The notes under the pieces were generated by a model. The model was not told where the DNA came from and did no database searches. It saw only the letters and a program-made list of their open reading frames with translations. DNA of 26,402 bases. Origin: an uncultured bacterium. GTDB lineage: Bacteria; Krumholzibacteriota; Krumholzibacteriia; Krumholzibacteriales; Krumholzibacteriaceae. The stretch spans positions 1-26,402 of the forward strand of contig CBDUYR010000039.1 of assembly GCA_965371515.1 (NCBI GenBank), read 5' to 3'. Made by a program: the position numbers and the translations under genes. Numbering within the stretch: the stretch's first letter is position 1; every line of letters begins with the position of its first letter. Below are positions 16,522-24,208 of this stretch, piece after piece.

Positions 16522-17460
16522 ATGAAAGCCGGATATGCCATGAAGAAGAGGCTGTTGCTCTGTCTCTTCGTCTCGATCGCAGGGCTGTTGCTATCGAGCG
16601 GCTGCGGGGAGAGCTACGGCGAACCTGTTCCAGATTTCGATGCCGCGCGTGACGGCGTTCCGATCATCACCTATCATTACTTCAGCGAGGGAGCCACGCC
16701 CGACCGGACCCTGAGGGTGATCGGAGCCGTGCTGCTGAACCTCCCTCTGCTCCCTCCCCTCGAGGAATGGACCATATCTGCCGGTACATTCGAAAGGCAC
16801 CTGGAATACCTCCATGAGAACGGCTACCGTTCCGTGACGATAGACGAGGTGATCGACCATATGGCGGGGACGAAGGTACTCGAGGGCAAGTGCGTCGCTC
16901 TCACCTTCGACGACGGCGACGGGAGTGTCTATGATCATGCCTATCCACTTCTGGCAAGGTACGGGATGAAGGGAACCCTGTTCGTCATCACCTCGAAGAT
17001 GGGGCTGGAGTGGAACGAGCTCTCGCTCTCATCTATTGACGAGCTTCGGGAGATGCAGCGCTCTGGCGTGATGTCGATCCAGTCACACACCCACGATATG
17101 CACTACAAGATCAAGCACGGAAAGACCCCTCATCCGACCTTCGATGTGCTGGCCAGGAGCGGCATCAGCGATGAGTGGTACGAGGTCAGGGATGATCTCG
17201 TCAAATCTCGCGACTTGATCGGGCACCTGTTCGGAGAAAAACCGAAGGCGCTTGCCTGGCCGTTCGGATTCGGCTCGGCCCATAGCGACGCGATCGCCAT
17301 GGAGGCCGGCTTCGACGGCATCTGCAGTCTCTGGCCCGGCACGAATTTCCGCGGCGATTCGCCCCTGTTCATGAAACGTTATACGATCACTGCGCGTACT
17401 ACGCTGCGCGACTTCCGCATGATGTCGACGGGCCGTTTCGAGGAATCAGACGAAGAATAG
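16522..17460 (+). CDS. Polysaccharide deacetylase (CE4) lipoprotein, PgaB-N/IcaB-like
   Basis: Lipobox LSSGC; PIITYH, ALTFDDG, QSHTHDMH, LAWPFG; no room for a GH153 domain. Start may be 16540. Confidence 0.85.
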   Translation: MKAGYAMKKRLLLCLFVSIAGLLLSSGCGESYGEPVPDFDAARDGVPIITYHYFSEGATPDRTLRVIGAVLLNLPLLPPLEEWTISAGTFERHLEYLHENGYRSVTIDEVIDHMAGTKVLEGKCVALTFDDGDGSVYDHAYPLLARYGMKGTLFVITSKMGLEWNELSLSSIDELREMQRSGVMSIQSHTHDMHYKIKHGKTPHPTFDVLARSGISDEWYEVRDDLVKSRDLIGHLFGEKPKALAWPFGFGSAHSDAIAMEAGFDGICSLWPGTNFRGDSPLFMKRYTITARTTLRDFRMMSTGRFEESDEE

Positions 17461-17487
17461 AAAAAGGCAGAGGATCTCTCCCCTGCC
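17461..17487 (-). terminator. Intrinsic terminator of the lrp-lyase-hom-ALDH operon
   Basis: Minus strand GGCAGGGGA-GAGA-TCCTCTGCC-TTTTT, between convergent genes. Confidence 0.7.
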
Positions 17488-17520
17488 CACTCATTCCCCA
17501 ATCGTTATTACAGCTTCAAT

Positions 17521-18933
17521 CTAGAGATTGAAGCAGACGACTCGCGGTTCGGTCATCTCCTGGAGGGCGAACTTGATGCCCTCGCGCCCGAGACCGCTGT
17601 TCTTTACGCCGCCGAACGGCATCATGTCTACGCGGTAGTCGGACGAGTCGTTGATGATGATGCCGCCGACCTCGAGCTCCCTTATCGCCTTGTAGGCCTT
17701 GCCGATGTCCTTCGTGAATATGCCTGCGTGCAGGCCGAAGTCGACCGCGTTGGCCCTGGTGATCGCCTCGTCGAGATCCGCGACCGGGTAGAGGTTCACC
17801 GTCGGGGCGAAGACCTCGTCCTTGTCTATGCGGCACCCTTCGGGAACGTCTGCCAGGACCGTGGGATCGTAGATCGCGCCGTTGCGCGTCCCGCCGGTGA
17901 GCACGCGGGCGCCCTTGGCGACGGCGTCGTTGACCCACTTCTCGATTCTGACAGCCTCTCCCTCGGCGATCATGGGCCCCATGTCGCAATCCTCGTCGAG
18001 CTTCGGTCCGACCTTGTACTGCCTCGTTCGCGAGACAAACAAGGTCTCGAACTTCTTGTAGATGCCCTCTTCGATATATATGCGCTGGACCCCGATGCAG
18101 TTCTGCCCGGCGGCCCAGAAGGCGCCCGACACAGAGTTCTCGACGGCCTGCTCGAGGTCGCAGTCGTCGCATACGATAACCGGCGTGTTGGAGCCGAGTT
18201 CCATCCCGATCTTCTTCAGGCCGGCCTTCTTCACGATCTCCAGGCCCGCCTCTACGCCGCCGGTGAAGCTTACCATCCTCACCCTGGGATCGGTGACGAG
18301 CGGATCGCCGATCTTCGCTCCGTAACCCGTAACGCAGTTGAGGATGTTATCGGGCAGGCCGGCCTCCATAAGCGCCTCGCACAGCTTGAGCGCCGACAGC
18401 GGGGTGACGGTCGCCGGCTTGAGGACGACCGAGTTGCCGCCCGCGATCGCCGGGCCGAGCTTGTGGGCAACGAGGTTGAGCGGATCGTTGAACGGCGTGA
18501 TCGCGGCGATTATGCCGATCGGGAACCTGAAATAATAGCCGAGCCTGTTCTCCGACCCGATGTTCGTATCGAACGGGATCGTCTCGCCGTTTATCCTCCG
18601 GGCCTCCTCGGCCGAGATCGTCATCGTCTGGGCGGCGCGGTAGACCTCCTTGCGGGCCTCACCGATCGTCTTGCTACCTTCACGGGCTATGATGACTGCG
18701 AACTCCTCGGCATTGTCGTCGATCATGTCCGCGGCCTTTTTGAGGATTCTGACCCTCTCGTGCACTGGCAGGGCGCGGCTGATGCGACACCCTTCCTCGG
18801 CGGCCGTGATCGCCGCCTTGATATCATCGGCCGTCCCGCTCGGAACCGTATCTATCACCGAGTTGTCGAACGGGTCGCGGACCTCGATCGTGTCCTTGCC
18901 CTCGACCCATTTCCCTGCGATGAGCATCTTCAT
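17521..18933 (-). CDS. NAD(P)-dependent non-phosphorylating aldehyde dehydrogenase
   Basis: ITPFNDPLNL, KPATVTP, SFTGG, MELGSN (catalytic Glu), AGQNCIG (catalytic Cys), EVFAP, MPFGGVKNSGLGREG; ATGA overlap with hom. Confidence 0.93.
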   Translation of the reverse strand: MKMLIAGKWVEGKDTIEVRDPFDNSVIDTVPSGTADDIKAAITAAEEGCRISRALPVHERVRILKKAADMIDDNAEEFAVIIAREGSKTIGEARKEVYRAAQTMTISAEEARRINGETIPFDTNIGSENRLGYYFRFPIGIIAAITPFNDPLNLVAHKLGPAIAGGNSVVLKPATVTPLSALKLCEALMEAGLPDNILNCVTGYGAKIGDPLVTDPRVRMVSFTGGVEAGLEIVKKAGLKKIGMELGSNTPVIVCDDCDLEQAVENSVSGAFWAAGQNCIGVQRIYIEEGIYKKFETLFVSRTRQYKVGPKLDEDCDMGPMIAEGEAVRIEKWVNDAVAKGARVLTGGTRNGAIYDPTVLADVPEGCRIDKDEVFAPTVNLYPVADLDEAITRANAVDFGLHAGIFTKDIGKAYKAIRELEVGGIIINDSSDYRVDMMPFGGVKNSGLGREGIKFALQEMTEPRVVCFNL

Positions 18934-19958
18934 GCCTGTACCATCCTGTCTATAGCCAGCATGTCAATGAGAAGCGAATATCCCGTCTCTATCTTTCCGG
19001 CGCCGGGGCCGACGATCGTCACCTCGCCGAGAAGATCGGTCACGAATGTCAGCGCGTTCGTAGCCCCGCCGACCGCGGCGAGGGGCTCGGTCAGCGCTAT
19101 CTTCTCCGGTTTGACCGAAGCCTTTACACCGCTGCCGTCGCGGGTGACCTTGCCGATCAACTTCCAGCGCTTCCCGTCAGCTTTGGCCGCCGCTACGTCC
19201 TCGAGGGTTATCTGTGTGATACCCGTCCTGTCAACGTCTTCGGGGGAAATGTCAGCGCCCATCACGGACTTGGCCAGGATGACGACCTTGGCAAGGGCGT
19301 CGAAGCCCTCCACGTCGGCCGTCGGGTCGGCCTCGGCGAATCCGAGTTCCTGGGCCTCCTTGAGGACCTCATCGTACGCCCTTCCGGCCTCCATGTTGGT
19401 CAGGATAAAGTTCGTCGTGCCGTTGAGGATGCCGCGGATCTCGGTGATCTCGTTCCCCGTGAGGCAGAACTCGCCGAGGTTCAGGACCGGAGTGCCGGCG
19501 ACCACGGTTCCCTCGTAACGGAACTGCACACCCTTGCTCTTCGCAAGCGCGGCGAGTTCCTTGAAGAAGAGGGCCGTCGGGCCCTTGTTCGTCGTTATCA
19601 GATGCTTGCCGCCCTCGAGGGCCGCCCTGAAGTGGCTGTTGGCAGGCTCGCCCGTCTTTATGTCTGTGTACGAGACTTCGATCACCGTGTCGGCATCGCA
19701 CTGCTTGATCGTCTCGAGCGCGTCGAGCCCCGTCGTCGCGCCGGGATACTCCGAGATCTTTCCATCGGCGGCGAGTTCGAGGAGTTTGCCGAGATCCAGG
19801 CCGTTATTGTCAAGCACCGAGCCGAGCTTGAAATCGCTCACCGCGACGACCGAATAATCGAAGCCGTACTTTTTTCTCAGCTCGTCCTTCTTCTTGAGCA
19901 GGATCTCCGCCAGGCCCTGCCCGACGACACCGAATCCAATGAATGCGAGTTTCTGCAT
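18930..19958 (-). CDS. hom: Homoserine dehydrogenase (short form, no ACT domain)
   Basis: GFGVVG, TTNKGP, YEGTVVAGTP, GILNGTTNFIL, AQELGFAEADPTADVEGFDALAK, GPGAG; 342 aa. Confidence 0.93.
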   Translation of the reverse strand: MQKLAFIGFGVVGQGLAEILLKKKDELRKKYGFDYSVVAVSDFKLGSVLDNNGLDLGKLLELAADGKISEYPGATTGLDALETIKQCDADTVIEVSYTDIKTGEPANSHFRAALEGGKHLITTNKGPTALFFKELAALAKSKGVQFRYEGTVVAGTPVLNLGEFCLTGNEITEIRGILNGTTNFILTNMEAGRAYDEVLKEAQELGFAEADPTADVEGFDALAKVVILAKSVMGADISPEDVDRTGITQITLEDVAAAKADGKRWKLIGKVTRDGSGVKASVKPEKIALTEPLAAVGGATNALTFVTDLLGEVTIVGPGAGKIETGYSLLIDMLAIDRMVQA

Positions 19959-20005
19959 CGTTTCCTCCCTCAGGTATGTTCTATCGTTTCGTCAGTCGCC
20001 CGGCC

Positions 20006-21196
20006 CTATGCGTTGAGCGCCTCGTCGAGATCTTCCATCAGATCGTTCTCGTCCTCGATCCCTGCCGAATACCTGATCAGGTTGTCGGGTACACCCGCCT
20101 TCATGCGCTCCTCGGGCCCGAGCTGAAAGTGTGTCGTCGCCGCCGGCTGGATCGCCACCGTCTGTGACGAGCCGAGGTGCGTCGTGTGAACGGCGATCGT
20201 CAGGTTGTCGATCACCTTCCTGGTCGCCTCGAGACCGCCCTTGACGTTGAAGCTCATCAGAGACGAGAAGGCAGACATCGTCTTCTTCGCCACCTCGTGC
20301 TGGGGATGGCTAGGCAGGCCGGGGTAGCTCACAGACTCGATCTTCGGGTGCTTCTCGAGGTACTTCGCTATCGCCATCGCGTTGTCCGAATGCTTCTTCA
20401 TCCGCAGCGACAGGCTGTCGAGACCGAGCAGGCAGAGCCACGCGTTGAACGGAGCGATCGACGGACCTATGTTCCTGTAGCCGATGTGCCTGATGTGGTC
20501 CATGAATTCCTTCTTGCCGCATATCACTCCGGAGAGGCTCGTCCCGTTTCCGCTGATATACTTTGTCGCCGAGTGGATCACGATGTCGGCGCCCATCTCG
20601 ATCGGCCGCATCAGAGCGGGCGAGCAGATCGTGTTGTCGACCATCAGTGGTATCCCCTTCGATTTTGCCAGCTCGGCGAGCGCCGGGATGTCGGCGACGA
20701 AGAGGTTCGGGTTGCTAGGCGACTCGACATGCATCAGCTTCGTCTTCGGGGTGATCGCCTTCTCCCACTCCTCGATCTTATCAGGCTCGATGACCCAGTT
20801 CGTCTTGATGCCCATCCTCGGGAACGACTCGGCAAAGAGCTGCTGCGTCCCGCCGTATACCCGCTGCGACGAGGCGATCTCCTCGCCCGATACGACGAGG
20901 TGATGGGCGACCATGAAGACCGCCGCCATGCCCGAAGCGGTTCCGAGCCCTGCCTCGGTCCCCTCGAGAAGGGCCATTCTCTTCTCGAAGATGTCGCATG
21001 TCGGGTTATTGATGCGCCCGTACGCGAACCCTTCCCTCTTGTAGCTGTAGAGCTCGGCGGCCCATTCGGCCGACTCGTAGGGGAATACCGAGCTCTGGAT
21101 CAGCGGCGGCGGCATCGTGTTGTATCGCAGCTGCTCTTCCCAGGGGTATCCTCCCTTGACGGCGATCGTGTCGAATCTCATCTTCTTCTCATCCAT
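20006..21196 (-). CDS. PLP-dependent Cys/Met-metabolism gamma-family enzyme (MetB/MetZ/MGL-like), substrate uncertain
   Basis: YGRINNPT, SGMAA, YGGT, ESPSNP, VDNT, HSATKY (PLP Lys), YPGLPSHP; SD AAGGAGG before ATG 21196. Confidence 0.9.
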   Translation of the reverse strand: MDEKKMRFDTIAVKGGYPWEEQLRYNTMPPPLIQSSVFPYESAEWAAELYSYKREGFAYGRINNPTCDIFEKRMALLEGTEAGLGTASGMAAVFMVAHHLVVSGEEIASSQRVYGGTQQLFAESFPRMGIKTNWVIEPDKIEEWEKAITPKTKLMHVESPSNPNLFVADIPALAELAKSKGIPLMVDNTICSPALMRPIEMGADIVIHSATKYISGNGTSLSGVICGKKEFMDHIRHIGYRNIGPSIAPFNAWLCLLGLDSLSLRMKKHSDNAMAIAKYLEKHPKIESVSYPGLPSHPQHEVAKKTMSAFSSLMSFNVKGGLEATRKVIDNLTIAVHTTHLGSSQTVAIQPAATTHFQLGPEERMKAGVPDNLIRYSAGIEDENDLMEDLDEALNA

Positions 21197-21740
21197 TTCC
21201 GCCTCCTTCTGGCTGTGACTTTCCGTTCTTTCTGTTGTTTCTTTTTCCACCGTTTTCGCTTCCAGCTGCTTCCGTGCATCCGGATTCCACGACCGGCACG
21301 CCGATATCCCTCTTAAGCGTTGAGAGCACGAACATCGTCTTCACGCGATCGATTCCCTTTATTCTCGTCAGCGAATGCAGGAGGAAGTTCTCGTAGTCGT
21401 CGATGTCCCTCGTATAGACCTTGAGCAGATAGTCGTCGTTGCCGGCGATGTGGTAGCACTCACGGACGCTCGAGCATGCACCGACGAATTCGTGGAAGTT
21501 TTCAATAGAGTCTTTCTGGTGCAGGTTCAGCGACACGGCGACGAAAGACACGGTTCCCATGCCGACCTTTTTATTGTCGACAAGCGCCGTGTATCCCGTT
21601 ATCACGTCCCTCTCCTCGAGCTTCCTCACCCGCTCGAGGACGGCGGGAGGACTGAGGCCGACCCGTTCGGCGAGCTGCACATTGGGTATGCGCCCCTGCT
21701 CCTGCAGGATCTCGACGATCTGCCTGTCCACCGGATGCAT
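21189..21740 (-). CDS. Lrp/AsnC family transcriptional regulator
   Basis: DRQIVEILQEQGR, LAERVGLSPPAVLERVRKLE, ECYHIAGNDDYLLKV; stop overlaps the lyase start. Confidence 0.95.
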   Translation of the reverse strand: MHPVDRQIVEILQEQGRIPNVQLAERVGLSPPAVLERVRKLEERDVITGYTALVDNKKVGMGTVSFVAVSLNLHQKDSIENFHEFVGACSSVRECYHIAGNDDYLLKVYTRDIDDYENFLLHSLTRIKGIDRVKTMFVLSTLKRDIGVPVVESGCTEAAGSENGGKRNNRKNGKSQPEGGGNG

Positions 21741-21807
21741 TTCCACTATTTCCGCTGCCAACGAGATTCTCCTTGGTTTATTAGGGTTATCTGCGTATAG
21801 GCTGAAG

Positions 21808-21836
21808 ATAGTAAGGCATACGCCGAATATTGTCAA
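21808..21836 (-). promoter_or_regulatory. Putative sigma70 promoter of the lrp operon
   Basis: Minus strand TTGACA-N17-TACTAT. Confidence 0.65.
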
Positions 21837-21862
21837 TTATTATTAATGTCATTAATAATAAT
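21836..21862. promoter_or_regulatory. Perfect 13-1-13 AT-rich palindrome, putative operator
   Basis: ATTATTATTAATG-T-CATTAATAATAAT between two divergent promoters. Confidence 0.65.
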
Positions 21863-21880
21863 CCCGTGGATAATTCATGT

Positions 21881-21908
21881 TTGAGTGCCGGGCACAGGGT
21901 GCTATAAT
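21881..21908 (+). promoter_or_regulatory. Putative sigma70 promoter of the nitrilase-family gene
   Basis: TTGAGT-N16-TATAAT with an extended -10 (TGcTATAAT). Confidence 0.6.
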
Positions 21909-21947
21909 GGGGAAAAGGGCTTTAACAGCGATTAGAAGGGATATGAC

Positions 21948-22760
21948 ATGAAGATAGCGCTCGTGCAGCAGCACGCCGTAAGGGAAATGGAGGACAATAT
22001 CGCCAGGGGGCTCGCGGCCCTCGAGGAGGCGGCCCGAGCCGGGGCGGACCTCGTGTCGTACGCCGAGCTGGCCTTCAGCTGGTTCCTTCCCCAGCACGAG
22101 GCGGAGGGCAGCGTCCTCGAGCTGGCCGAGCCTGTGCCGGGGCCGATCACGGACCGCTTCTGCGCAAAGGCGAGGGAGCTGGGCGTTGCGGTCGTCCTCA
22201 ACCTCTTCGAGCGGGACGGCGACAGGACATACGACTGCTCGCCGGTGATCGATTCGGACGGGACGATCGTCGGCAGGAACAGGATGGTCCATGTGGCCGA
22301 CCTCCCCTGCTTTCACGAGAAGGGGTACTATGCCCCCGGCGATCTAGGCGCCGGAGTCTTCGACACATCGGCCGGACGTATCGGCGTGGCAATCTGCTAC
22401 GACCGCCATTTCCCCGAGTACATGCGTGCCCTCGCCCTCAACGGGGCGGAGATAGTCGTGGTGCCTCAGGCCGGCTCGATCGGGGAATGGCCCGAAGGCC
22501 TCTACGAGGCTGAGCTGCGAGTCGCCGCATTCCAGAACGGCTACTTCGCCGCGCTGGTCAACAGGGTCGGAAAGGAGGACTGCCTCGAGTTCGCCGGCGA
22601 GTCGTACGCAGTCGGCCCGGACGGGAGAGTCCTGGCGCAGGCCCCCGCCGGCGTGGACCATATCCTCTATTGCGACATCGCCCTGTCGGAGCTGGAAGAC
22701 TGTCACGCGCGCAGGTTCTTCCTTCCATCGCGCCTTCCGGAGATATATCAGGATCTGTAG
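21948..22760 (+). CDS. Carbon-nitrogen hydrolase (nitrilase superfamily; N-carbamoylputrescine amidase/beta-ureidopropionase-like)
   Basis: MKIALVQ, YAEL (Glu), FHEKGYYAPGD, GVAICYDRHFPE (Cys), AFQNGYF, VNRVG. Confidence 0.88.
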   Translation: MKIALVQQHAVREMEDNIARGLAALEEAARAGADLVSYAELAFSWFLPQHEAEGSVLELAEPVPGPITDRFCAKARELGVAVVLNLFERDGDRTYDCSPVIDSDGTIVGRNRMVHVADLPCFHEKGYYAPGDLGAGVFDTSAGRIGVAICYDRHFPEYMRALALNGAEIVVVPQAGSIGEWPEGLYEAELRVAAFQNGYFAALVNRVGKEDCLEFAGESYAVGPDGRVLAQAPAGVDHILYCDIALSELEDCHARRFFLPSRLPEIYQDL

Positions 22761-22764
22761 GAAA

Positions 22765-22802
22765 CGGAAAGGGGACCGGACCCTGGTCCCGCCCCCTTTC
22801 CG
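22765..22802. terminator. Probable hairpin terminator between convergent genes
   Basis: Long GC stem CGGAAAGGGG...CCCCTTTCCG with an inner GGACC/GGTCC pair. Confidence 0.55.
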
Positions 22803-22860
22803 CCTCTTCACGCTGCGGCAGGTCTGTATGATGGAGGCGCGGTTGACGACCCGCGCGCCT

Positions 22861-24102
22861 CTATTCCTCGTTAATATGCACGTCTCCGTTGATCGTCCTG
22901 ATCTTGATGAAATGCTTCCCGCCGCCGACTTCGCCGGTGCCGTAGATGTACTTCCTCTTCTGGCCGTGCTTCTTCTTCCACTCCTTCGTCTCCTCAATAT
23001 CAATGCCGAGGCTGGAGACGATCTTCGGCTTGCGGTCGTGGTCCTTCGTATACTCTATCTCGATGTCGAACTTCATCGACAGTCCCTTCGGGACGGTCAG
23101 GTCGACATCGCCGCCCATCGATTTTATTTCGACGCTGCGCTTCCCCTTGTCGGGATCGCCGATCATGGTGACCTCGACGTCGCCGCCCATTGTGATCGCC
23201 TTTATCCATCCGTCGATCTCGTCTATGGTGATGTCACCGCCCATCGTCTCGGCGATGACGTAATCGCCGACTGAGCCGATCTCGATATCGCCGCCCATCG
23301 TTTTCACCTTCGCGCCTGTAGGAGCTTCTTCCACGTTGATGTCGCCGCCCATTGTCGTCACATTGACCTTCTCGGCCCTGGCCACATCGATGTCGCCGCC
23401 GTACGTCTTCGCTTTTATGTTCTTGCCGGCGTAATCGAGGGACAGGTCCCCGCCCATCGAGGAAATCACGATCTCTTCCTCGCCGCCGCCGGAACGCTCG
23501 ACGTTCTTATACGTAACATCGCCGCCCATCGTAGAGCCTTTCAGGTCGCCCTTGACGTCCCTTATCTCGACGTCGCCGCCCATCGTCTTCACCTCGCCGT
23601 CGACCTCGGAATCGAGGACGGCAATGTCGCCGCCCATCGTCGTCACTGCGAGATGTCCCGAGAGGCCCTCGAACTCGACGTCGCCGCCCATCGTCTCGCC
23701 GGATATCTCGCCCTCGACGCCCTGTATGGAGACATCTCCGCCCATCGTCTCGAACTCGATGTCGAACTTAACAGGCACCATGATGAAGACGTCGCAGCTC
23801 GCTTTGACGTCCCTGCGCCTGTCGATCTCGGCCGATATCTCGAGGCCGGATTTATTCTTGTCGAATTCGAGCTCGACCTCGTCGCGATGCTTTCCGCTGA
23901 TGAGCACCTTCACGGTGACTTCGTCGCGGTCCCAGCCCTCGATCGTGATGTCGCCGCCGACCTCGAGATCGATCTCGAGATTTCCGCCCTTTTTCAGATC
24001 GAACGACTTTTCGACCTTCCGGACGCTCCCGCCCGACAGGGCGAGTGCCGGCAGCATAACTACAAGCAATGAGGCCACCATCAGAATCATGGATCTCTTC
24101 AT
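22861..24102 (-). CDS. Secreted DUF4097-family beta-strand repeat protein
   Basis: SD AAGGAG before ATG 24102; signal peptide; 11 (T/S)MGGD(V/I/L) repeats; C-terminal IRTINGDVHI. Confidence 0.85.
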   Translation of the reverse strand: MKRSMILMVASLLVVMLPALALSGGSVRKVEKSFDLKKGGNLEIDLEVGGDITIEGWDRDEVTVKVLISGKHRDEVELEFDKNKSGLEISAEIDRRRDVKASCDVFIMVPVKFDIEFETMGGDVSIQGVEGEISGETMGGDVEFEGLSGHLAVTTMGGDIAVLDSEVDGEVKTMGGDVEIRDVKGDLKGSTMGGDVTYKNVERSGGGEEEIVISSMGGDLSLDYAGKNIKAKTYGGDIDVARAEKVNVTTMGGDINVEEAPTGAKVKTMGGDIEIGSVGDYVIAETMGGDITIDEIDGWIKAITMGGDVEVTMIGDPDKGKRSVEIKSMGGDVDLTVPKGLSMKFDIEIEYTKDHDRKPKIVSSLGIDIEETKEWKKKHGQKRKYIYGTGEVGGGKHFIKIRTINGDVHINEE

Positions 24103-24137
24103 CGGGATCTCCTTTCCATATACCCTTTGCATACGAT

Positions 24138-24164
24138 TACGCCTCCGGGGGCGATTTTGTTTCA
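24138..24164 (-). promoter_or_regulatory. SigW-like ECF sigma promoter of the DUF4097 gene
   Basis: Minus strand TGAAAC-N17-CGTA, matching the B. subtilis SigW-type consensus. Confidence 0.65.
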
Positions 24165-24208
24165 TCGGCCGGTGCGGCGGGTGTTACAATAAGACCGAGA
24201 GGTAATAT

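Noticed and set aside
17728..19518. 596-aa plus-strand ORF, and other long overlapping ORFs such as 4523-5812, 6007-6966, 11388-12392, 20177-21316 and 24137-25387
   Set aside because: Shadow or alternate-frame ORFs over well-supported genes; expected in GC-rich DNA and lacking recognisable motifs.
23100..23960. Recurrent DNA word (GTC/ATC)GCCGCCCATC resembling a CRISPR or tandem repeat
   Set aside because: It encodes the MGGD protein repeats in frame; the copies are short and degenerate and no cas genes are present.
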